In this document: positions 47,693 to 54,986 of the stretch, one piece after another
Numbering within the stretch: position 1 is the first letter of the stretch
Layout: each line of letters starts with the position of its first letter
IMG/VR virus record: IMGVR_UViG_3300037467_000874
DNA length: 55,156 nt
Origin: an uncultured virus (IMG/VR IMGVR_UViG_3300037467_000874)
Lineage: Duplodnaviria; Heunggongvirae; Uroviricota; Caudoviricetes
Direction: 5' to 3' (one strand)
The notes under the pieces: generated by a model
What the model was told of the DNA's origin: nothing
The model's database searches: none
What the model saw: the letters and a program-made list of their open reading frames with translations, nothing else
Program-made: the position numbers and the translations under genes

Positions 47693-47951
47693 CTTTGTCC
47701 TTATACTTCATGTAAGTACATCCTGCATATCCTGCCGCCCAGTCAAGCGGCTGAAATGCTTTTGATTCGCCTGCATTAATCCAAGACGTTTCACCATCGT
47801 AATACAGATTGTCATCGTCATCATAAAGTTTGATTTTTGTTTTTTCTTCTTTAGGCAATTCATCCCATTTTTTTTGATCGAAGTTAGCAGATTGAATGTT
47901 AATCTTTTTCTTGTCTAGCCAATCATAAGTAATACGCCACATATTCATCAT
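47670..47951 (-). CDS. Cassette gene, hypothetical
   Basis: KLYDDDDNLYYDG...PLDWA..YAGC motif. Confidence 0.75.
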   Translation of the reverse strand: MMNMWRITYDWLDKKKINIQSANFDQKKWDELPKEEKTKIKLYDDDDNLYYDGETSWINAGESKAFQPLDWAAGYAGCTYMKYKDKDGEWKVL

Positions 47952-48001
47952 TCCTTTGTTTTATAATGGTAACGCGACACGCGCCAATTAAGGCGCTATG
48001 C

Positions 48002-48250
48002 TTACAAATTATCTTCATCCTCTTCAACACTGGAATGAATGTTTGATATTGCATTGTCCACGTCCTGCATTGCTTCGCGCAATGTCGTAAGTGCTTCATA
48101 TAAATTCTGTAAATCATTAGCGTAATAGTCCGCTTCTTTCGTTTTATCCAGTATATCGGAAATTTTGTTTTCCAGCGCTTCAACCTTGTCAATGTTTCTA
48201 ATAAACTTGTTTGCCTCTTCACCTAATGCTACAATTCTTTTCGCGTTCAT
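48002..48250 (-). CDS. Cassette gene, coiled-coil acidic protein
   Basis: Between cores 47980 and 48296. Confidence 0.7.
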   Translation of the reverse strand: MNAKRIVALGEEANKFIRNIDKVEALENKISDILDKTKEADYYANDLQNLYEALTTLREAMQDVDNAISNIHSSVEEDEDNL

Positions 48251-48312
48251 TTTATCATCCATCCTTCATTGTTATTTGTGGTATGTACCACGACACAAGC
48301 CGCATAAGCGGC

Positions 48313-48522
48313 TTAGTCAATTTGTCCTCTAACGTCGAATGCAATTTCATGCTGTTCTGATATAGCTACAACACGTGTAAATTCTACTGTTTCGCCTTCA
48401 ATAATTATACCAAAATTATACATGTTGCTTGCAATTTGTTGTGCATTCTCATAACCAGTATGGAAATGTTGGGCATGAATTACCCTATCATTTACAAAAC
48501 AAACGAAATACCAATTCTGCAT
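48313..48522 (-). CDS. Cassette gene, hypothetical (start MQNWY)
   Basis: Flanked by identical 27-bp direct repeats. Confidence 0.65.
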   Translation of the reverse strand: MQNWYFVCFVNDRVIHAQHFHTGYENAQQIASNMYNFGIIIEGETVEFTRVVAISEQHEIAFDVRGQID

Positions 48523-48577
48523 ATCAATCATTCCTTTTTCTGTTATTTGTGGTATGTACCACGACACTAGCGGCTGT

Positions 48578-48667
48578 TTATGCCGCTAATTTGTAGAATA
48601 ATAAGAATAATCCATTAATGAATGCTAGGACCAATAAGCTACGATTTAAACGATAGTTGTAATTCAT
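48578..48667 (-). CDS. 29-aa hydrophobic peptide
   Basis: MNYNYRLNRSLLVLAFINGLFLLFYKLAA; GGAGG RBS; ATGA overlap; stop in hairpin loop. Confidence 0.5.
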   Translation of the reverse strand: MNYNYRLNRSLLVLAFINGLFLLFYKLAA

Positions 48668-48807
48668 TTAACAGCCTCCATTAACTCTTTATTGCTGTTC
48701 TGTTTAGCACGGCACCATAAACATAATGTATTATTTGGTATGTTGCTTGTAATTCGTTCTTTGCATCCAACACAAGTATAAGTATGTTTTACTTTAATCT
48801 TTTTCAT
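48664..48807 (-). CDS. 47-aa zinc-ribbon-like cassette gene
   Basis: MKKIKVKHTYTCVGCKERITSNIPNNTLCLWCRAKQNSNKELMEAVK, after the element RBS. Confidence 0.6.
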   Translation of the reverse strand: MKKIKVKHTYTCVGCKERITSNIPNNTLCLWCRAKQNSNKELMEAVK

Positions 48808-48911
48808 CATCATCTATCCTTTACTGTTTAATGTACCGCGACACAAGCCGCATGTAAAACATGCGGCTGTTTGTGTTATTTCATATCTGTAATTTCGCCG
48901 CGACTAGAAAA

Positions 48912-49166
48912 CTAGTCGCCAATAAATGATAACTGTAATGCCACTGATTTAATAGCGGAAATAATTTCATTAATCATAGTGTCATTAACTTCTTCAACGT
49001 CATAGTATTCTAATTCGATTAACTCTTTTAAGCTTTCGTGTTCTAGTCCTCTTACTGGTATGTAGAAAGCTTTAGAATATTGTTTGTCAAATAGTACAAC
49101 ATCTGTATTGCCAGCCATTTCAACGTAAACGTTAATTATTGCTGTTTTAATGTTTTTCATTTTCAT
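48912..49166 (-). CDS. Cassette gene, hypothetical
   Basis: Between cores 48844 and 49198. Confidence 0.7.
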   Translation of the reverse strand: MKMKNIKTAIINVYVEMAGNTDVVLFDKQYSKAFYIPVRGLEHESLKELIELEYYDVEEVNDTMINEIISAIKSVALQLSFIGD

Positions 49167-49317
49167 CCATCCTCTATTTTATAATGGTCACGCAACACTG
49201 CCGCGACATGCGCGGCATACTGTTTTACTCGTTAATTGTTTAATTTGTTCAATTGTCATACTTGCCATATTCATCATTCCCTTACTGTTATTTGCGGTAT
49301 GTCCGCAACACTTGGAT

Positions 49318-49333
49318 TGTTTCACGTGAAACA
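49318..49333. promoter_or_regulatory. parS: parS site (perfect palindrome) forming the element hairpin
   Basis: TTGGAT-TGTTTCACGTGAAACA-ATCCAA. Confidence 0.9.
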
Positions 49334-49347
49334 ATCCAATAAAACAT

Positions 49348-49557
49348 TTAAAGCATTACAAATGTTTCGTTCTTGCCTTCTGTTACGAATAAACTTAAAC
49401 CGTCATAATGTACATAGAGTAAATCCATGCCGAATGCTTGACGTTTATGTAATACACGTTTAACTGTTTTCTTTGTTCTGTTAAAGAGTGAAACAGGAAC
49501 AATAATATCTACACTTTGACCAACTTTGTTTAATGCGTTATCTGTTACTTTAATCAT
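49348..49557 (-). CDS. Cassette gene, hypothetical
   Basis: Between cores 49311 and 49597. Confidence 0.65.
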   Translation of the reverse strand: MIKVTDNALNKVGQSVDIIVPVSLFNRTKKTVKRVLHKRQAFGMDLLYVHYDGLSLFVTEGKNETFVML

Positions 49558-49627
49558 TTTATCATCCATCCTTTGTTATTGTAGTTTGACGCAACACAAG
49601 CCGCATGTAAAACATGCGGCATTCTAT

Positions 49628-49879
49628 TTATATTTGATAAACTTTCTTTAATGCTTTCTTTGCTAATGTTTCAATATGACTATCGTTACAGTCATATTTT
49701 TTGTACCATTCACAAATAGTATTGCTTCCAACTACTGCATATAAGCAATCCCATGCAAGCCTTGTTTCAAAGTCCTTAAATTTTCCACTTTCTTTCAATG
49801 CTATCGCGTGTTTTCCAATCTTCTCTTTAATTTCTTCCATTTTATCAACTACATTTTGAAGCTCATTTTGCAATTTCAT
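49628..49879 (-). CDS. Cassette gene, hypothetical
   Basis: KDFETRLAWD...CNDSHIET; between cores 49597 and 49919. Confidence 0.75.
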   Translation of the reverse strand: MKLQNELQNVVDKMEEIKEKIGKHAIALKESGKFKDFETRLAWDCLYAVVGSNTICEWYKKYDCNDSHIETLAKKALKKVYQI

Positions 49880-49946
49880 TTTTCATCCATCCTTTAACTG
49901 TTTAGTGGTAACGCGACACGCCACGTTATATACGTGGCATTGTGTT

Positions 49947-50234
49947 TTATTCGACAATGTAGCAATATTCTACAATCCATCGCGTTCCTTCACTTGGAAG
50001 CAATCTCATGTACAAGTCAAGGCGAACGCCTAAATCTATACCGTCCAAGCAGTTGCCAATAAGAGACATGCCAATCATACTATCATCGAACCATTTTGCA
50101 TCGCTTGAAACTTTGTAAGAACGTTCTTCATGTGTGTAAGTATTCCCGTCAAAACTCTTTTGATCGAATACAATAACAGCCGTTTTCCATTTATCTTTAC
50201 GCTGTTTCAATTCTTCAAGCGTCAATTTAATCAT
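49947..50234 (-). CDS. Cassette gene, hypothetical
   Basis: SLIGNCLDGIDLGVRLD...WIVEYCY. Confidence 0.75.
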   Translation of the reverse strand: MIKLTLEELKQRKDKWKTAVIVFDQKSFDGNTYTHEERSYKVSSDAKWFDDSMIGMSLIGNCLDGIDLGVRLDLYMRLLPSEGTRWIVEYCYIVE

Positions 50235-50281
50235 TCATTCATCCATCCTTTTTGTTTTAGAGTGTAACGCGACACAAGCGG

Positions 50282-50413
50282 CTATTTAGCCGCTAAAAAT
50301 GAGATAGCATAAATGATAGCAATTAAAGCTAATGTAAATGGGATAGATATAATAGAAATAAAAATAATTAAATCCATTTTCTTATAGTTTTTCAATTCTT
50401 GCATAGTCATCAT
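50282..50413 (-). CDS. 43-aa single-TM cassette peptide
   Basis: MMTMQELKNYKKMDLIIFISIISIPFTLALIAIIYAISFLAAK; stop within the hairpin. Confidence 0.6.
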   Translation of the reverse strand: MMTMQELKNYKKMDLIIFISIISIPFTLALIAIIYAISFLAAK

Positions 50414-50473
50414 TCCTATTCTGTTTAGTTTGGTTTAACGCGACACGGCACACTGTTTAGTGTGCCTAGTGTT

Positions 50474-50902
50474 TTAAACATCGTCCCCACAAACTTTACA
50501 ACCAAAATCTCCACATTCACATTCTTCTTCTTCAATTTTAAACCATCCAATACAAGCTCCATCGCCTTCACTACTGCCGAAATAATAGCCGCTAGGCGCA
50601 ATGTTGTTGAAATAATTATAAACGTCTTCATTCCAAACATAAGAAGCTGATTCATATGCACTTTCTTGAATTGTAGCTTCTCCATGATATTGTGACATGA
50701 ACAAGCCATGACTTTCAACATATTCCATGTCCTCAATGTTGAAGCATGTAAGGATAGAGGCGCGTAATTCTTCGTTAGCTTCCATGCCTTCTAATAAATC
50801 ATACGCTTTAGGTAATATGTGCTGAAGATTGCATGTGCCATCGCTTAAAATAAATCCACCATAAGATTTAACAATAGATTGAAAGTGTTCTACTTTAGAC
50901 AT
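50474..50902 (-). CDS. Cassette gene, hypothetical
   Basis: APSGYYFGSSEGDGACIGWF motif. Confidence 0.75.
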   Translation of the reverse strand: MSKVEHFQSIVKSYGGFILSDGTCNLQHILPKAYDLLEGMEANEELRASILTCFNIEDMEYVESHGLFMSQYHGEATIQESAYESASYVWNEDVYNYFNNIAPSGYYFGSSEGDGACIGWFKIEEEECECGDFGCKVCGDDV

Positions 50903-50954
50903 TTGTCATCCATCCTTTGTTTTTGTTTTAGCGGTTTTACCGCGACACAAGCCG

Positions 50955-51143
50955 CTATATATTAGCGGCTGTTTCTTTAAATAGTTGTTTAAGGCATTCA
51001 TAACATAGTGGAATACGCTGTTTATTAACAACACTTTCAAATGTCACTTCATGTGTAGATATTGCATGATGGCAAGAAAAGCAAACTATTTTAACTTCTT
51101 TGCCTTCGTAAAAGCTAGTTTCAATTTCATTAACTTTAACCAT
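50955..51143 (-). CDS. Cassette gene with CxxC...CxxC
   Basis: CFSC...LCYECL; stop within the hairpin. Confidence 0.7.
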   Translation of the reverse strand: MVKVNEIETSFYEGKEVKIVCFSCHHAISTHEVTFESVVNKQRIPLCYECLKQLFKETAANI

Positions 51144-51208
51144 TTTTCATCACTCCATCTATTTTAGTTGTCACGCGACACGCCACGCTGTTTAGCGTGG
51201 CAAGATTA

Positions 51209-51562
51209 TTACATGAATACTTCAATTTCAAAGAATGATTTATCTTTATAAAGAACACGTAAAACTTTACTTATTCCATACGTTTTCAATTCGAATTTTT
51301 CGAAGTTGCCGTAAAAGTTTTCTGTACCGTCAAATAATCCGCTGTTACGTTTTCTTAATTGAATGCAAAAACCTTCGCGATTGCATGATGTCTGAATTTC
51401 AAACGAATGAACGAAGCCAGCAATAACAACAAAAGTTTCATCGCTGTTAGGCATGCATGTTTTCATATGCAACTTTAGCGGTTTCCCCACTGCTTGCACT
51501 AAAAACGCTTCTACATGTTCGAAGCCTTCAACGTCTGTAATAAGTTGTTTTTGTTCTTGCAT
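51209..51562 (-). CDS. Cassette gene, hypothetical
   Basis: Between cores 51181 and 51604. Confidence 0.7.
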   Translation of the reverse strand: MQEQKQLITDVEGFEHVEAFLVQAVGKPLKLHMKTCMPNSDETFVVIAGFVHSFEIQTSCNREGFCIQLRKRNSGLFDGTENFYGNFEKFELKTYGISKVLRVLYKDKSFFEIEVFM

Positions 51563-51616
51563 TTGTCATCCATCCTTTAAGTTTTGTCGGCAGTGCCGCA
51601 ACACGTTTCACGCGAT

Positions 51617-51632
51617 TGTTCCACGTGAAACA
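51617..51632. promoter_or_regulatory. parS: parS site inside repeat element
   Basis: TGTTCCACGTGAAACA. Confidence 0.85.
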
Positions 51633-51643
51633 TTTTGTTTTGT

Positions 51644-51877
51644 TTAAATTTTCTCAAATAAATAAGCTGGCTTAACTTCGTATTCAATATATCCATATAC
51701 CTGCATACTTGAAATGCCTTCCCGTGCTGGTACTTCACTTTCTTCTATTTCCCATTTTGTCAATGGAGGGAAATAATTTGTTTTAACTGCAACATCAAAT
51801 AATCCATCGCTACGATGGGCAATTGATACATGCACATATTTATTAATTTCCACTGTTTTCCTTTTGATAATTTCCAT
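51644..51877 (-). CDS. Cassette gene, hypothetical (start MEIIKR)
   Basis: Start adjusted to follow the element RBS. Confidence 0.65.
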   Translation of the reverse strand: MEIIKRKTVEINKYVHVSIAHRSDGLFDVAVKTNYFPPLTKWEIEESEVPAREGISSMQVYGYIEYEVKPAYLFEKI

Positions 51878-51948
51878 ATTCATCATTCCTATTCTGTTTA
51901 GAGTATGACGCAACACAAGCCGCATAAATACTATGCGGCTGTTTAGGT

Positions 51949-52236
51949 TCAATCTAATTGAACGATTGTAACATTTAATGATGAAAGATATTTTCCGTGA
52001 TTACCTCCACTTACATAGTCATCTAAAAAACCATCGTTTTCTATTTCTTTTCTTTCTTCTTCTGTTAAAAATAATCCATTCCAATTTTGAGATTCTGCAT
52101 AATCAATAGCAAAATCTAATGCATCTTGTTCATAGTCAGCATTAACAATAACGTAATTAAATTCAGATAACCAAACTTTGTATGAGTGCTTCCAAAACTT
52201 CGACGTTTCGTTAACATAGATAAATTCTGTTTTCAT
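51949..52236 (-). CDS. Cassette gene, hypothetical (start MKTEFI)
   Basis: EQDALDFAIDY...GGNHGKYL; start adjusted to follow the element RBS. Confidence 0.7.
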   Translation of the reverse strand: MKTEFIYVNETSKFWKHSYKVWLSEFNYVIVNADYEQDALDFAIDYAESQNWNGLFLTEEERKEIENDGFLDDYVSGGNHGKYLSSLNVTIVQLD

Positions 52237-52291
52237 TTTCATCCATCCTTTAAGTTTTAGTGGTAACGCGACACAATGGAACATTTGATAA

Positions 52292-52307
52292 TGTTCCACG
52301 TGAAACA
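52292..52307. promoter_or_regulatory. parS: parS site overlapping element hairpin
   Basis: TGTTCCACGTGAAACA. Confidence 0.85.
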
Positions 52308-52309
52308 TT

Positions 52310-52480
52310 TTAACTAATTGATTTATTCCATTTTTCAATAATGACAAGCTTTTTAACTTTTTCGTCAACTACGTAATATGAAATGTCTTTGACTGTAAAC
52401 CCGTTTTTCTCTTTTGTTTCAATAAAAGAATCTACCTCATTCGAATTTACAACATGTTGTTCTTCTACGTATAATCTCAC
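52310..52480 (-). CDS. 56-aa cassette gene (GTG start)
   Basis: MRLYVEEQHVVNSNEVDSFIETKEKNGFTVKDISYYVVDEKVKKLVIIEKWNKSIS; flanked by identical 39-bp direct repeats. Confidence 0.65.
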   Translation of the reverse strand: MRLYVEEQHVVNSNEVDSFIETKEKNGFTVKDISYYVVDEKVKKLVIIEKWNKSIS

Positions 52481-52546
52481 TTTTCATCCATCCTTTAAGT
52501 TTTAGTGGTAACGCGACACGGCCCGCTGTTTAGGCGGGCACGTCTT

Positions 52547-52759
52547 TTAATCCTCTTCCTCTTCTTCTGTTTCCTCTTCTGTTTCCTCTTCCTCTTCAAA
52601 AGAGAAATCACATTCATAATGTGCGAATGCTTCCAGCGTTTCGCATGATGCGTCGCCGCTTAAATAATGATATAGAATGTATTCTAATATTTCTGTATCA
52701 GAAATACCACGTTCCCGCAATGCTTCCAGTCTTCTCACGGCTTCATTTCTCATGCTCAT
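52547..52759 (-). CDS. Cassette gene with poly-acidic tail
   Basis: C-terminus EEEEETEEETEEEED. Confidence 0.7.
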   Translation of the reverse strand: MSMRNEAVRRLEALRERGISDTEILEYILYHYLSGDASCETLEAFAHYECDFSFEEEEETEEETEEEEED

Positions 52760-52809
52760 TGTTCATCCATCCATTCTATTTTTTAGTGGTAACGCGACAC
52801 TGCCCAAAT

Positions 52810-52825
52810 TGTTTCACGTGGAACA
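52810..52825. promoter_or_regulatory. parS: parS site forming the element hairpin
   Basis: GCCCAAAT-TGTTTCACGTGGAACA-ATTTGGGC. Confidence 0.9.
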
Positions 52826-52841
52826 ATTTGGGCCTAGTTGT

Positions 52842-53069
52842 TTAGCCTTTTGGGGAACATGTTTCAAGCCATACAGGATGGCCCCATGAATAACATTGCT
52901 TTTCTGTTATGTCGCCGTCTTCATATAATGCCTGCACAAAGTTATTCCATGCCATGCGACGTGCTGGTTTATCAATAATTCCATTAGATTCCAAACCGCG
53001 AATAAGCCCCGGCAGTATTTCCATTTTAAACATTGTTTCCGCTTCTACTTTAGTCATACTATTCATCAT
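52842..53069 (-). CDS. Cassette gene, hypothetical
   Basis: DKPARRMAWNNF...DGDITEKQ..W.HP motif. Confidence 0.75.
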   Translation of the reverse strand: MMNSMTKVEAETMFKMEILPGLIRGLESNGIIDKPARRMAWNNFVQALYEDGDITEKQCYSWGHPVWLETCSPKG

Positions 53070-53131
53070 TCCTTTTATGTTATTGCGGTATGTCCGCTAC
53101 ACTGCCCGCTGTTTAGGCGGGCCTTACAATT

Positions 53132-53521
53132 TTAATAAGCATTAATACCATATTTGCGGCACAATACAAGGAATTCACGAATAATCAAGGAATTATAAAA
53201 CGTTTGTTCTTCATTACCTTCGCGTTCCTTGTATTCTTCGCCGCAATTTTCAAACCATTGTTGCAAAAGTGCGCTAATTGCATAGTGACGATATTCAACG
53301 CTAATTTCAGAAGGCAAGCCCATGAACCAATCAGCCATAGCCGCCCATCTGTTAGGATTCTGTTTCTTTTCATATGCATCGTACCAGTTATTGAAACCGT
53401 CTACAACGTTTTGTAATTGTTCTTTAACGTCATTTGTTTCTTCATCTGACATAATGTATAAAATATGTTCTTGTACTTGTTCCTTGAATGCTTTACGTGT
53501 CGTTACTGCCATGTTCATCAT
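53132..53521 (-). CDS. Cassette gene, hypothetical
   Basis: DWFMGLPSEISVEY motif. Confidence 0.75.
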   Translation of the reverse strand: MMNMAVTTRKAFKEQVQEHILYIMSDEETNDVKEQLQNVVDGFNNWYDAYEKKQNPNRWAAMADWFMGLPSEISVEYRHYAISALLQQWFENCGEEYKEREGNEEQTFYNSLIIREFLVLCRKYGINAY

Positions 53522-53544
53522 TCCTGTTCTGTTTAGGCTAGAAA

Positions 53545-53560
53545 TGTTTCACGTGAAACA
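53545..53560. promoter_or_regulatory. parS: parS site (perfect palindrome) inside repeat element
   Basis: TGTTTCACGTGAAACA. Confidence 0.9.
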
Positions 53561-53603
53561 TTTTCCGCAACACTGCCCACTATATCAATAGTGGGCAACC
53601 TGT

Positions 53604-53804
53604 TTAAGAAAAACGGCTTATATTAACAACATAACCAGCCTCACAAAGTAAATCTATTACTTTTGATACCTCTTGCATCGAACTAACGACATGACTACCA
53701 TTAACAGCAACGAAATATAAAATATCATAAATGCGTCCTCCATTTGACATTTCGTATGCCTCTTGTTCACGATTTATAAAAGCTTCGCATTCTACTACAT
53801 ACAT
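53604..53804 (-). CDS. Cassette gene, hypothetical
   Basis: Between cores 53573 and 53843. Confidence 0.65.
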   Translation of the reverse strand: MYVVECEAFINREQEAYEMSNGGRIYDILYFVAVNGSHVVSSMQEVSKVIDLLCEAGYVVNISRFS

Positions 53805-53851
53805 TGTTCATCCATCCTCTATTGTTTAGTGGTACCGCAACACAAGCCGCA

Positions 53852-54082
53852 TTAAAATGCGGCATAGTCATTATCGAAGTCTTTAGCAATCAATAGTTCA
53901 GCGCTATACAATCCGCTGTTCATGCTATCCAGTAAATCGCCGCATGACATTTCATAACCAAATTTGCTATGCTTCCATGTTCCTGCTTGCGTTCGTGTAA
54001 AGTAGACAGGAAAACCAATACCCGTATCCATTTTTACATACGCGTTTTTCTGTTTAAGCTGTTCCATTGTAAATTGTGTCAT
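53852..54082 (-). CDS. Cassette gene, hypothetical (start MTQFT)
   Basis: Flanked by identical 36-bp direct repeats; stop within the hairpin. Confidence 0.7.
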   Translation of the reverse strand: MTQFTMEQLKQKNAYVKMDTGIGFPVYFTRTQAGTWKHSKFGYEMSCGDLLDSMNSGLYSAELLIAKDFDNDYAAF

Positions 54083-54152
54083 TTTATCATCCATCCTCTA
54101 TTGTTTAGTGGTACCGCAACACGCTACGCTGTTTAGGCGTAGCTTATTAAGG

Positions 54153-54419
54153 TTATTCAATAGCGGCAAGCCATGGCGAACCATATTTAACGCATTCATC
54201 CAAATATACGCGCCTGCCTTGAATCGTGAAATATTGACGTTCTTCTTTGTCCTCTTGAATTTTAAATTTGCGAATATCTCCGCTGTCAATAGATGCAGTG
54301 ATGATATCAAAGTCTAAATGGTTAATAGTCCAAACTTCGATTTTAGCATGATACGAAGTTGCGCAAAGTGCATAAGGCTTGCTAGGTTGTTCTTTCATTT
54401 CCTCTTTTGTAAGTCTCAT
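54153..54419 (-). CDS. Cassette gene, hypothetical
   Basis: RQYFTIQGRRVYLDEC motif. Confidence 0.7.
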   Translation of the reverse strand: MRLTKEEMKEQPSKPYALCATSYHAKIEVWTINHLDFDIITASIDSGDIRKFKIQEDKEERQYFTIQGRRVYLDECVKYGSPWLAAIE

Positions 54420-54473
54420 TGTTCATCCATCCTTTAAGTTTTGTCGGCAGTGCCGCAACACGTTTCACGCGAT

Positions 54474-54489
54474 TGTTCCACGTGAAACA
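54474..54489. promoter_or_regulatory. parS: parS site inside repeat element
   Basis: TGTTCCACGTGAAACA. Confidence 0.85.
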
Positions 54490-54496
54490 TTTTTAT

Positions 54497-54658
54497 TTAA
54501 CTGTTTACTTGTTTTACTTTGCCTTGTTTGTATTTGTCCGGCGGATATGAAAGACGAACAGTAGAACGAGCACTTTTTTCGCTTTTCACATTATGTACAG
54601 TTATCCATTGTCCACTATATTTATTGCCGATTTCCCATACTGCTACTTGATACGTCAT
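54497..54658 (-). CDS. 53-aa cassette gene
   Basis: MTYQVAVWEIGNKYSGQWITVHNVKSEKSARSTVRLSYPPDKYKQGKVKQVNS, after the element RBS. Confidence 0.65.
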   Translation of the reverse strand: MTYQVAVWEIGNKYSGQWITVHNVKSEKSARSTVRLSYPPDKYKQGKVKQVNS

Positions 54659-54704
54659 TTGTCATCCATCCTTTAGCTGTTTAGTGGTCACGCAACACAA
54701 GCCG

Positions 54705-54917
54705 CTAAAAATCAGCGGCCATTTCTTCCAATCCTTTAACTACACTTTCGACTGTTAAGCAAGTGTAACCATTTTCGAATTCATAGCGCTCTTTGCCTGT
54801 AAAAGAATCAGACATGTCGTAAACAATTCCGAATGGCGTATGAACGGCGTTCCAATCGACATTATATTCAATAGCCGCATTATCTAACGCTTTAAGCAGT
54901 TTATTATTGATTATCAT
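54705..54917 (-). CDS. Cassette gene, hypothetical
   Basis: Stop within the hairpin; between cores 54698 and 54975. Confidence 0.7.
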   Translation of the reverse strand: MIINNKLLKALDNAAIEYNVDWNAVHTPFGIVYDMSDSFTGKERYEFENGYTCLTVESVVKGLEEMAADF

Positions 54918-54948
54918 TTTTCATCCATCCTCTATTTTTAGGCTAGAA

Positions 54949-54964
54949 TGTTCCACGTGAAACA
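54949..54964. promoter_or_regulatory. parS: parS site inside repeat element
   Basis: TGTTCCACGTGAAACA. Confidence 0.85.
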
Positions 54965-54986
54965 TTCCGCAACACAAAAGCCGCTG

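Noticed and set aside
47320..54094. MDDKM as a conserved N-terminal protein motif
   Set aside because: It is the translation of the repeat's RBS segment (ATGGATGATAAAATG); the second Met is the better-placed start.
59..54564. Plus-strand ORFs in the track (e.g. 1961-2635, 18908-19495, 25628-26335, 37614-38159)
   Set aside because: They are antisense shadows of well-supported minus-strand genes, with no recognisable motifs.
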